This document shows positions 12,601 to 24,200 of a DNA stretch of 64,000 nucleotides, in pieces. The DNA lies in the NCBI GenBank assembly GCA_004431415.1, contig QPMI01000526.1:186001-250000 (forward strand), given 5' to 3'. How positions within the stretch are numbered: the stretch's first letter is position 1; every line of letters begins with the position of its first letter. The notes beneath the pieces were generated by a model. That model did not search any database. It was not told the DNA's origin and saw only the letters and a program-made list of their open reading frames with translations. The DNA is from Cyanophora paradoxa CCMP329. Lineage: Eukaryota > Plantae > Glaucophyta. The translations under genes and the position numbers were made by a program.

Positions 12601-15600
12601 GGACGTTTGCAATTGAAAAGGTACTGCGGCAGGTCGAGCTGGAAAATGCCGAAAAGGCGAAGGCGGAGCGCGCGGCAGAATCGCGCTGTGAACAGGTGCG
12701 CACGCGGCGCACATCCTAAAGCAAAAACAAAACACGATTCACTTCTGGCTTGAGGCTTCAAATCAATGCTCAAACGGCAGGTAGAGCAGGCAAACGTGGT
12801 TCTTCTCAAGGAGGTGCGCACTGCGGCAGTGATTTCCTGACACTTATAAGTAATATAACACTATGTATTCTGACACTTATAATCAGTATAAACCCTGTCT
12901 ACTATTCGTGCTCTAGCAGCGAGCTATAAAATTAAAAGGATCCGAGCTAGGCGGGGCCGGGGCGGGTTCCGAGGCGGGTTGGACGGCAGACGGTGCCGGG
13001 CCGGCGAATCGGATTTAATTATTCGAACGATTGGGACGGCAGGTGGAGCAGGCGAAGGCCGATCTGGGGATCGCCAAAGATGCTTTGAAGCGCGCCAAGG
13101 CCGATCTGGAGCGCGAGAAAGCGAAGGCCGAAAAGGAGCGGGAGCGGCGGCGGGAGGCGCAGAAGCCGAACTCGAAGGAGCTCAGCTTGGCGCGGGACGA
13201 GGCGAAGCGCATGGCGCAAGCAGCTGAAGCAGCGCGCAACGAAGCCAACCTGAAAAAGGAGAGGCTGGAGGCGGCAGAGAGCGCCAAGGAGGCGGCGGAG
13301 AAGGCGCGGGCGGAGGCGGAGGAGGCGGCCCGGTCCGCGAAGGCGGCTTTGGAGGCTGCGGAGGCGGCGGCCGCGGAGGAGCGGGCGCGGTGGGACCAGC
13401 TGTTGGGCGAGCTCGCCGAGCGCGCCGAGCGGGCGGAGCGGCAGCGCGAGGAGGCGCAGGCGCTCCTCGACGCGGTTCGTTCATCTGAGTCTGACTCTTG
13501 ATTTGATGTGGCCTAGATCTCTGCCTGCGTTCATCCGCTGCAGATTCTGGAGAGGCCCGGGTCGGACCCCGAGATGACCGCCCTGAAGGGGCGTGTGCGC
13601 TCACTCGAGGCTCAGCTCGCGGTGCGCTGACTTCGTAGCTCTCACTTAACAGTTGAAGCTCTTTGCGAATTCGAATTGGCTAATTACAAGCGATCCGCTG
13701 GCGGAAAAGGAGAAGCAGAAGGCGGCCGCCGGGCTCTCGAATTCCTCGTCCCTTCCCGCCGCTGCTGCCTCGAGCGATGGGCCTGCCTCGAAGATCCGCA
13801 CCCTTCGGAATGCCTCGTGCGCTTTTTCTGCTTTTGGCCTTTTATTATGCTGCGCTAATCGATAACGAAGGTGCAAGCTCGTCCAAACGATCGTGAAGCA
13901 GGTTGCGTCCCCGGCCCCGCCCGTGGCCACGCATCTGCAAGCGTGCCAAGGTGTTTGTTGTCTGCAGCTGGGTGCGGCTGATGCTTGCTGGCGCAGCTCC
14001 GCCCGGCGGGCTCCAAGGCTTCCAAGCCCATCGAAATCGAGGTAGGCATAGCAGCGGATGTCTCCTGCTCGTCGCTCCGGAGTGAAGGGAGCCCTGCAGG
14101 TGGACCGGGCAGCCGTCGTCGAGTCCGCCCTCCGGTCCTGCCTGGAGCAGCGCCTCCTCGAGCAGCTGCGGCAACCGGCCGCCCCGCTGAAGATTGCGAT
14201 GGAGTGCGCCGAGGACCGCAAGGGGCCATCGCGCGAGTTCTATGCGCTGGTGCGGGATCGGAATTCCACGGGAATCTTTAATTTCTTCGTTCCTGTGGTC
14301 CTCATTATCGGAGTGTCGCCGCAGTTTTTCGAGGAGCTGGTAAAGAAGCAGCTGGTGGAGGAACCGATGCAGCGGGCACCGGGCGTGCTGCCGCCAGCTG
14401 CAGCCAGCGCTAGCGCTGCACCGGTGCCTGTTGTGCCGGCGCCGGCGCCGGCGCCGCAGCCGCGCCGCAAGCGGACCGTCATCGTCGACTCTGAGGACGA
14501 GGACGAGAGCGGCGAAGACGGCGACGGCCGAGGCCCGCAGGGCGAGAATCCGAAGCGTGTTCGGCTGGAGGGCGGGCAGCCGGCGACGTCGGCGTCGGGC
14601 GGCGGTGGCGGCGGGCAGCGCCGGAGCGGGCGCGGCCAATCGAGCTCGAAGCGGGTCGATGTACATGTCGATCGTGCGCTGCTCACGAAGTACCGATTCA
14701 TCGGTGCCATCATCGGCCGAGGTTTTTTGATTTATTAATGTATAATCGCGAGGTTTGCTCTGACGCGGTTCATTTAATTTCTAGCGCTGCTCGAGCGGAT
14801 TCTCGACCCAAAGGGCACGGACCCCATCCCGGCCGCGTTCGTCCCCATGATACCTATGCTGTCCGGCAGACAGGTGCGGGCAAGAATATAAATTCCGAAG
14901 CCCACTTTCGTTCCTGGCTCTGATCGCTTGCCCCGGCCCGCATGCGCAGCCCGACTCGTGCGCCACAGCGGAAGAGGCGCTCGCGCTCTGGCAGCCGTTC
15001 CTCGACCCCGTAAGCAATATATATTTTCATTCGAACCTTTTATGAATTTTTTCGCCGGCGCGTTAACGCCGCCTCAGCAAGTACACGTCTCGATGACCAG
15101 GATCCTCGCTGAGCCGGTACGCGGCGCTGGTCTGAGCGCTAGCCGAGCTCCAGCCTGTGCTTGGCGCTGAAGTCTCTGCAGGTCTCGCCGGAGGCGCCCG
15201 TGCCTATGGACCCCTACCTCCAGGGCTGCCCTGGGTTCAGCGGCGAGGAGGCGCCTCACAATATTTATCTCTAAGCTTAAACCTATCGCCACTGACGTCC
15301 GGCAGCTGACGGAAGAGAACAAGCGGCATATGGTTCGGCTCGCCGCGCAGTGGCAGTGCGTGGGCCGGCGTCAGCCGCTCCTGGAGGCGATGCGAGTGCG
15401 TCGCGCTCGTTTCGTGTCAGCCGTCTCTAAGCGTCGCCGTTCTCCGCCCGCAGGAGGGGTTCCAGGGCGTCTTCACGCGGCCGGAGGCGAGCAAGAAGGG
15501 CCCAGAGGCGGCGGCGGGCGCGGCGGACGCGCTGGAGGCGGTTGGGCTGCTGGGCGCCGACGACTGGGCCGCCCTCGTCGGCGGTGCGCCGCGCGGGGCC

Positions 15601-16414
15601 GCGGCCCCGCGCAGCGCGGCCCGCGTGCCCTCACGCTGCCCCCGCAGGCCAGGCGTGGACGGCCGAGACGCTCATCGCAAACGTGCGCGACCGGCAGCAC
15701 TTTAGTTCTCACCCTAGGGCCTCTTTTCCATTCACATTTCCGCTCTCAGATGCGATTCCACGGCGACTGGCGAAATTTCGAAGAGGTGAACGACGATGAC
15801 GATGTCTTCGTCCTCGACTCGTGCCCTGTCCCCTCTCACCCCGCGCGGCCCCTCCCGCCCCGCCCCGCAGGACCGGGCTCTGGTCGAGCGGTGGCTCTTC
15901 GGCGCGCTTCGGGCGGGCGAAGTGGACCCGTCGCAGTTCGCCCGCTGCATCGGTGCGGCTGCTCTTTCACGTCGTGCCGCCGCCTTTAATTTGTGTTGCA
16001 GGCCGCGCCTCCGCGCCGGCGAGCGGGAAGCTCGAAAGGTGGGCTCTAAAGAAAATTGTTTCTGAGACCGCCGGACATTCAGATCGATTCGTCTCCGCGC
16101 GCGCAGGCCCCTCACCATCGCGCCGAAGACGAACACGGTGAAGGACGGGGCCGGGCGCAGGCGGGCCGTGCTGGTGCCCTGGTCCGACAAGGAGTGGGGC
16201 CTCGCCTTCCGCACCTGCTTCGACGAGGCCCGCCCCGCCCCCCGGCCCCCGGGCCCCGCCGTCGGCCTCGCGGGCTGAACTTTGGGGGCAGGTGGAGATC
16301 CCTGGAGTGCCATCGGCGGGGGCGGCGGGGGCGGAGGAGGAGCGGCGGGGGCTCTTCGTGCGGGCGGTCCGCAGCAGCGTCGAGGACCTCGCGCTGGACT
16401 TCAACGACGGCTAG
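9660..16414 (+). CDS. Coiled-coil protein with C-terminal HECT E3 ubiquitin ligase domain, copy 1 (multi-exon, start uncertain)
   Basis: Coiled-coil exons 10275-13620, then HECT-like motifs in the expected order: LQVDRAAVVESAL, GPSREFYAL, KYRFIGAIIGR|AL, LTEENKRHMVRL, LEAMR|EGFQGVF, LAFRTCFDE|VEIP (catalytic Cys as in HECT xTCF), LFVRAVRSSV..LDF. Stop TAG at 16412-16414. Confidence 0.7.
10890..11130 (+). repeat. Coding tandem repeat (~21-27 bp units, GAGGAGGGGGACTACGATCGCGATCGC) encoding DYDRDREEG-like repeats
   Basis: Several near-identical units are directly visible at 10938-11075. Confidence 0.8.
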
Positions 16415-17435
16415 TCGAATTTCTTATCAAAGACAGCATGCCAACGCTTTGAATTTCGATATATGTCCATCGATTCGACTTCAACGACGGCTATGCGCCC
16501 GCGATCCGCTGTGGACATCGATCTGCCTGTTGATTTGTTCTAGCCTAGTAGTAGGTTTCAATTTACTCCAGGACGCCCATGGCCAGAAGCTTCCCCCCTG
16601 ATCATGATCATCATCATGATGATCATGTAGTAAAAGGGGGGTCGCCAGAGCCTGTTTCAGCCTGATTTAAATCAGGCTAGCCTGTTTAAATTTATATAAT
16701 TAGAAATCAGGCCTAGGCTTGAATCATGATCAGGCTGATCATGAGCCGGCGCCGTCAGCCTCTTTGAAAACTTTGAAACACGCTAGCCTGATTAGGAAGC
16801 AGGCTAGCCTGATTCCTACGCAGGCTGGATTCCAGCCAGCACCCAAGCCTGATTCCAATATTAATAGTTATCAGACAGTTTACATTCGAATTTCCTTTCC
16901 AAGACAGCGGACCCGGACCTCGAAATTAGCTAGCTCTATCTCCGCAGCCTGCAGCTGCATCTGCTTTATAAAGCTGCTCATGTGGTTGTGGTTTATAAAT
17001 CCGAATGAATGCGCGCACAGGAACGTCTTTCTAACTTCCGACTTCGTATCAGAATCGACTTCAAGGGGGCGGGGAGCGGGGGCGGGCGGGCCGGGGCGCT
17101 GCTGGCCGCGGCCTCGAGGGCGGCCCGAAGAGCGGCAGGCGCCTCCGGCGCCCTCGCTGGCGCCGGCAGCCCCGCGAGCGGCGGGCGCCGCGGCGGGGTC
17201 GACACCCGCCGCCTTTGCAGGCACGCCGCCAAAACGGAGTGAAGGGGTGGGGGAAGAGTCCGCCGGGGTACGGCGGCAGGGAGAGGGATGAAGGGCGCCG
17301 GGGGAGGAAGATCCGTCGGGGTACGGCGGCAGGGAAGGACGGGTCGGGGGGAAAGGTTGGGAGGGGGTAGACAAGCTCTAGGGACGCGGTCCTGCGCTGC
17401 GAGGGGCCCGAAATCTCAGCGGATATCGAATCGAC
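12200..17435 (+). repeat. Segmental duplication, copy A (pairs with 22738-27200)
   Basis: Exons, introns and 3' flank align with 22738-27200, e.g. ORFs 13031 vs 22999 and 14058 vs 24114, and the flank at 16877 vs 26583. Confidence 0.9.
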
Positions 17436-18880
17436 TAGCAAGAGAGGCGGCGCCCGCCGCGGCACGGGGCCGCGCCGGCGCGCGCCGGCGAACGCCAGGC
17501 ACCAAGGCACCCACACGGGGCGGCGGAGGGAAGGGGGGGAAGGATCGAGCCGGGGTACGCCGCTGAGTCTCCAGGTGCGCCACTGGGCGCCGGAAGGCGC
17601 CAAGCACCAGGCACCCTGCGCCGGGTAGAGGTTGAGGGGCGGCTGCCCTGCGCTGGGTAGAAGGTGAGAAGGGGGGGGGGGGGGGAAGGGGAAGGGAGCG
17701 AAGGGCGAGCTGAGGGGGGTACGGATGCAGATGCACAAAGTCTCTCCGCAAGGGGTTCTGACGGGTTCCGAGGGGTACCGGCAGCGGCGAGGCCGGCGAG
17801 GGGTACCGGCAGCGGCGAGGGGAGGAAGGGCGCCGCGGTACGACGGAACGGGTCGCGGGTGGAAGGTTGGGAGGGGGTAGACAAGCTGTAGGGACGCGTT
17901 CCTGCGTGGGGCCCGAAATCTCAGCCGAAATCAACTCGCCTAGCCAGGGAGGGGGTACAGGGGCGCACCTTCCCGGGAGGAGGGCGGCGCCCGCGGCGGC
18001 GCAGGGCTGCGGTTGCGGGCGCCGGCGGGCGCGGGAAGGGGGGGAAGGATCGAGCCGGGGTACGCCGCTGAGTCTCCAGGTGCGCCACTGGGCGCCAAGC
18101 ACCAGGCACCCTGCGCCGGGTAGAGGGTGAGTGTGTGTGTGTGTGTTGGGGGGGGGGGGGGAAGGGAGCGAAGGGGCGAGCTGAGGGGGGTACGGATGCA
18201 GACGCACATAGTCTCTCCGCAAGGGGTTCTAGATCTGACGGGTTCCGAGGGGTACCGACAGCGGCAAGGCCGGCGAGGGGTAACGGCAGCGGCGAGGCCG
18301 GCGTTCACTGCGCCAGCGGGGAGAGGAGGCCGGGGGAGGGTCGGTGCTGAGCCGCCCCCGACGGAAGTCGGAGGGAGGGGGCTCCGGGGGTACCGACGAG
18401 GGGGAATGGGGGGAGATGCGGAGAATGCTACCCTGAAGCACGACTGCCCTGCGCTGGGTAGAAGGTGAGAGGAGAGGAGGGGGCAGGGGAGGGGAGTGAG
18501 CGGAGGGGGGTACGGAGGCGCACGGTCTTTCATTCTGCGCGCGGCGAGGGCCGGAGGGGGCCGGCCAAGCGGGTTCCGAGGGGTATTGACAGACTGCGGC
18601 GAGGCCGGCGAGGGGGTACCGCTGCAGAGCAGGGAGCGGAAGCTGGGGCGGGGAGGGTCGGCCCTGGGCCGCCGCCGTCGGAAGAAGGGGGCTCCCAGAG
18701 GGTACGGAGGTTCCGACGACGAGGAGGACGCCCCGCGCGCCGCGCCGGAGATTCACTGGCGAGGGGCGGGGAGCGGAGGGCCGCGGCTGAGAGAACCGGG
18801 AGAGAAGTCCCGCCCTCCCTGCTCGGGTGGCGGGCGGCGGGGGAGGAGGAGGCGAGGAGGCGGGGCGGGCGGGGCGGGGC
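17290..18880. repeat. Complex G-rich tandem repeat, about three degenerate ~470-510-bp units
   Basis: Blocks recur: GGAAGGATCGAGCCGGGGTACGCCGCTGAGTCTCCAGGTGCGCCACTGGGCGCC (~17537, ~18043), GGGCGAGCTGAGGGGGGTACGGATGCAGA (~17703, ~18174), GCCCTGCGCTGGGTAGAAGGTGAG (~17645, ~18446). Confidence 0.75.
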
Positions 18881-19144
18881 AGGGGGCGCGGGGCGCGCCT
18901 TGCCCTGCAGCTGCGGGCGTACCCCGCCGGCCGCGCCTCTATCGATGACGCCCCGCCCCGTCGCCTACGATGCCCTGCGCCGTCCTCTCGCCGAGTCTTC
19001 TATGACGCGCTGCGGCGCGTCTGAGCGGCTGCAGGGCGGCGCGGCGCTGCGTCGGGCCGGGCGGCCGCCAGCGGACCTGGCCGTGGAAGGCGGGCGAGGG
19101 CAGGACCGCGAGCTCGCCGGCCGCGGCGCGGCGCAGCCGCTGCT

Positions 19145-19840
19145 CTAGCAGCCGCTCGTAATGAATCGACCTGCAAGCGATGCGTGAGGCGCAACGCGAC
19201 GCCGCCGCCGCGCGGGGGCGCCGCGCACTTGTGCACATAGTCTAAGTAGTCGTCCACGTCGATCTTGTAGTCGGTCTTGGGCCCCTTGAGCGTCGTCCCG
19301 TGCTGGATGTAGAGCGAGACCGCAAGGTCGCCCGCCTGCACCGCGGCTCGGTCCGCTCAGAGCGCCCCGGCCGGCTCGCGGCGCGGTTCGCACCTTTTCC
19401 TGCGGGATGCTCAGCCGCGTGGTCATGTATCCTCTTGTACACGTGCTGCGCATGCATATGGCAAGGACCGATTCGAACGGTCAACGCGCGCGGGGCAGAC
19501 GAGAAGGCCCCGGCACCTTAGCAACGCCGCTTGAACTAGGATACAGCTGCGAGCAAGAGTTAGATATTCGACCGCGGCTAGCGCAGGGGTTGACAGGAGG
19601 CGGCTCGCGCGCGGGAGAAGTTCCAACTCCACGCGCGAAGATTCCCGCTTCGCACCGTATCATCCTGCGGAAGCAGCGTAAGATTGCGCAACACGCAGCT
19701 CGCATTGCCAGGCAGAGCCGGCAGGGCAGGAGGCGATATCGATTGAAGCCCTGTGCAGACGCGGATGCGGGGGCTGAGCGCACGAGGTCGAAGAACAGAG
19801 CTGCTGGAGGCGCCACGCTGGCGTTCGTCGATGCTGCGCA
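19145..19840 (-). CDS. SDT1-like pyrimidine 5'-nucleotidase (HAD superfamily), N-terminal half; possibly truncated or a pseudogene
   Basis: Splicing GT-AG introns yields ALFFDL|DDT|LYPSSSGVAK|HVYKRI..YMTTRLSIPQEK|AGDLAVSLYIQHGTTLKG..DYKIDVDDYLDYVHK, matching the SDT1 family patterns LFDLDDTLYP and YGTTxxGL. Later HAD motifs were not recognised. Confidence 0.75.
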
Positions 19841-21239
19841 TGCCGTGCGCGGGCCGGCTTCCTCGCGTAAGCGCGAATCCCGCCGCGTGCACACAGAAAT
19901 CGATATAGCTAAAAAAATGATTCGGATCCGATGTGGCATGGCTGGCGGGCGGAAGGCAGCTTCCTCGATGGGGTACAGCTGCAGCGCCCGAGTCGAGTAC
20001 TAGCTAGTGCAGGGCAAAGCTCAGCCCGCGGCCGACGGCGTAGGGGCGCTGAAAGACGCACCGGTTGCGGGGCACCAGCAGCAGACAGCGCGAATCAGGC
20101 GGCGCGTGTCGATCACACGGCGGATGCAGGGTTGGCGCTCATAATCCGCGCTCATCAAAGCTTCAGTCTTGTCGGCGTCGCAAATCGATCGCGATATCCA
20201 CAGTCGAGCGGCTCTCGTTGCCCTTGCCCGCTGTACGTCCGTACGTATACGCGTTCTACGACGCGGCGCCCTTCAAGGCTTGAGCTGAAGATTGCAAACG
20301 CGGCGCCAGCGGTTATAAACCGACGCGGCGTCGCGATCGACAGACTGTCGGACGTCGCGACTTCGGGCGGGCCGGGGCTGTCGGCCGCGTACGTCGCGCG
20401 CGCGCGACTTCGACGCCGTCGGTGGTTCTGCTGGTTCCCAGTCTGTCCGGCGGTCGGGTTCCCAGTCGACGTCGAGCTACGAGACTCGAGTCGAAAGCGG
20501 CAGCCGCACGCGCGGCCACGGCGGCCGCGCGCGATATCAATAACGAAATCGATCTACTACCGGTAGTAGATCGCGGGCGCCGGCGGTCTCAATCTCGCGA
20601 ATCGACGTCGACTCGGCGACGTCTGCGGCGAAGCCGTTGGAATAATATTTAATCGTACGCATGCGTCTTAAATTGCCTTCTTTTGCAATCGAGCTTTGCG
20701 CCGGCGCCTTAACACGCATACGGTGCCAGACCGACGATCATCGGATATCGATCTGATCATGGCCATGGTACCGGTGCGCATGGTCTGGCTGCGGCCGCTG
20801 TGCCGCTGTGCACGTTCCAGAGGTTCCAGATGTTCATGTCCTTCATTCGAATTCTCACACATGTACATGCACACTTGGTTGAATCTGCGCATGCAGAGCC
20901 AAGACCGGCAGGAAGCGCTCCTGAAATCTAGAAACTTCAGGAGCATCCAGATGCGGCTTAAAAAGGTTAGTGTCATGCGATTATGATCACGCTTCGATTT
21001 TAATTTTATATTGATATCGATTATGACGCTTCTTTTTGAAACCGTTGAACTTCGCTCCCCGGATCGCGACATGCGGGGCCCCATGCATATGGCCACTGAT
21101 CATGATTATGATCATGACCAGGCAAGTGAAGACGAGAGGGCCGCGAACCAGAGAATCGGGGAGGTGTGCTGCTGTGATCCGATGATCTTTGAACTCAGAA
21201 TCAGCAGGATTTGATCGATATCGGTACCTCTCACGGCCG

Positions 21240-24200
21240 CAGCTGGAGGGACAGCTAGCGCTCGCGGGCAAGCAGGGCGAGCTGGCGGACTCCCAGGCGC
21301 GGGCGGGCCGGCTGCAGGCGGAGCTGGAGGAGCCCCGCATGCAAGGCGTCGCGGCCGGCCATGGGAAGCCCAAGCTTAAGCACGGCGACGGCTTGGCTTC
21401 CTGCAGCGACGCTAGTGTCGACGTCAACGGCGAAAATGTGAGCACCTGCTTTTCTCCTTGCAATTGACTCGTTCAGCATATATACGCGAATTGACTTGAA
21501 TTGTCTCCTCCTTGAACAGGTCTGCGTGCCGTCGCGGGTGGTGCAAGCGAGGGCACGTCGCGTCATAAGGCTTGTCTCCTCCGATTGTTCCCCCGGAGCA
21601 AACGTCAACCCTGGCCACGAGCGGCCGCCCGCAATTTCGATCGCGACCACGAGCTCGAGCCGACTTCAGGCACCAGATCTGTTGACACGATGCGCACAGG
21701 CAGTCGCAAAGGAAGCCGAGAGGGTCGCGAACCAACGAATGCGAATCGCCGATGTGCGGCTGAGAACGCGTTTAACAGTTCCCTAAGTATGAGCATAATC
21801 GATATCTCCGCAGCTTGAGAGGCAAGTCTCGGATGCACGGAATGACCTGGCGAACGCTCAGTCGCAGACGAGAGAGCTACAGGATCGCGTCAAAAGACTG
21901 CAAGACGACGTAAACTACTACAGAACTCGAAAATGCAATCTAGAAGATGACCTGGCGAAAGCTCGAGCGGGTTCGAGAAAGCTCCAGGACGATGTAGGCT
22001 ATTTCAAGACGCGCGAAAGAGATCTTAAAGATGACCTGGCGGACGCTCGATCGAAGTCGACTCAGCTCCAGGCCAGCGTAGACCAGCTCCAGGATGCCAA
22101 CAACGAGCTCGAGCGCTCGGTGGGTTTTCATTGACAATCATGAATCATCGATTGCTGTCTCAGATGCAGTGTGCACGTGTACATGTCCAGCTGAAGACGG
22201 AACGTGAACAGTGTTTGACGGTTTTCTACGAGAAACTGACGGTGCCCGAATTTCGTTCTATTGCCGAATCAGTTGACGTTGAAAGTTGCGCTGACAGCTG
22301 AGAGCTAATGTGGAGGCTGTTAGGCAACAGCACAACGTACGAATCTGGACCCGCGGCCACGCCTTCGATTTTGTTTTCTGTGTTGTTCACGAACTGATCA
22401 TGATTCGCAGCTGAGAACCGCGGAACTTGAGCATGAAAGGGTTCGCTTAAATTTTTGTGGCCACTTCTAGTTCGAATTCTTTGTTCGCCCTCGCGCTCAC
22501 AATCAGGTTTCGGTGCATATCAAAGATGATTGTGGCGCGAGTGGCACGGGAACGTGATGAGGTGTTTGGTTCTCATCGATTGCTTTGGTTAATAATAACA
22601 TGCTGGGCACAGTCTGATTCAGCCTTGGGTCGGTCGACGGCCGAGCTAAACAATGCACATAATCGCGTGAAGGTCGCATTCGAATTGAAATTCTTCATTA
22701 GGATATCGATCGCTCTGACCAGATCAATATTTCGATCAGGCTCTCGAGGAAGAGAACCGCAAGCTAAAGGACGATGTAACACAAGCCCAAGAGGACTTGG
22801 CCGCCGCTGTCCGCGGCTCGCGGGAAGCGGCTCTGGAGAGTCTCGTGAAGACGCTCCGGGACCAGCTCCAATCCGCCTCTTCGCACGCCGACGAGTATCT
22901 GAAAGACAGAATCAAAGAGGTGCGCGGCGCTCTATGGTCATTTCTCCCAAATTAAAGCTGCAGAAGTTGAAGCGAAAACCCTGTTTTCGAGGCTCTGAAT
23001 GAACGCTTTAACGGCAGGTAGAGCGGGCAAACGCGGTGCTTCTCAAAGAGGTGCACGGCGGTTCTGTATACCTCTATTATTCAAACGATTTATTCAATTG
23101 CCCGCCCCGCATTTATTCAAACGAATTCAAATTGAACGGCAGGTGGAGCAGGGCAACGCCGATCTGGAGCGCGCCAAGGCCGCTGTGAAGCGCGCCAAGG
23201 CCGATCTGGAGGGCGAGAGGGCAAAGACCGAAAAGGAGCGGGAGCTGCGGCGTCAGGCGCAGAAATCGAAGGAGCTCGGCTTGGCGCGGGACGAGGCGAA
23301 GCGCATGGCGAAGATGGCCGAGGCTGCGCGGAACGAAGCCAATCGTAAGGCGAAGAGGCTGGAAGAGGCGGAGGGCGCCCGGCAGGCGGCGGAGAAGGCG
23401 CGGGTGGAGGCGGAGGGGGCGGCCCGGTCCGCGCAGGCGGCCCTCGCGGCAGCGGAGGCGGCGGCCGCGGAGGAGCGGGCGCGGTGGGACCAGCTGTTAG
23501 GCGAGCTCGCCGAGCGCGCCGAGCGGGCGGAGCGGCAGCGCGGGGAGGCGCAGGCGCTCCTCGACGCGGTTCGTTGATTTAACTCTTGAGTCGATGTGGT
23601 TAAGATCTCTGCCTGCACCTGAGTACTAGTTCATCCTTTGCAGATTCTGGATCGCCCCGGATCGGACCCCGAGCTGGCCGCGCTGAAGGGGCGGGTGCGC
23701 TCCCTCGAGGCCCAGCTCGCGGTGTGTTGACTTCGTAGCTCTCACTTTGAAGCAATCTGCGAATTCGAGTTGGCTGAGTGACGCGCAGGCGGAGAAGGAG
23801 AAGCAGAAGCAGGCGGCCGCCGGGCTTTCGAATTCCTCGTCCCTTCCTGCCGCCGCCGCCTCCAGCGATGGGCCCAAGATCCGCGCCCTTCGCAACGCAT
23901 CGTGCGCTGCTTTTTTAATTTTACAATTGCAAGTCCTTTCTCTGCGCTTATCGATATATTGAAGGCGCAAGCTCGTCCAAACGATCGTGAAGCAGGTTGC
24001 AACACCCGCAGCGTGGTTATTGTCTGCGTGCGGCTGATGCTTGCTGTTGCAGCTCCGCCCGGTTGGCTCCAAGGCTTCCAAGCCCATCGAAATCGAGGTA
24101 GGCGAAGCGGCGGATGTCTCCTGCTCGTCGCTCCGGCGTGAAGGAAGCCCTGCAGGTTGACCGGGCAGCCGTCGTCGAGTCCGCCCTCCAGTCCTGCCTG

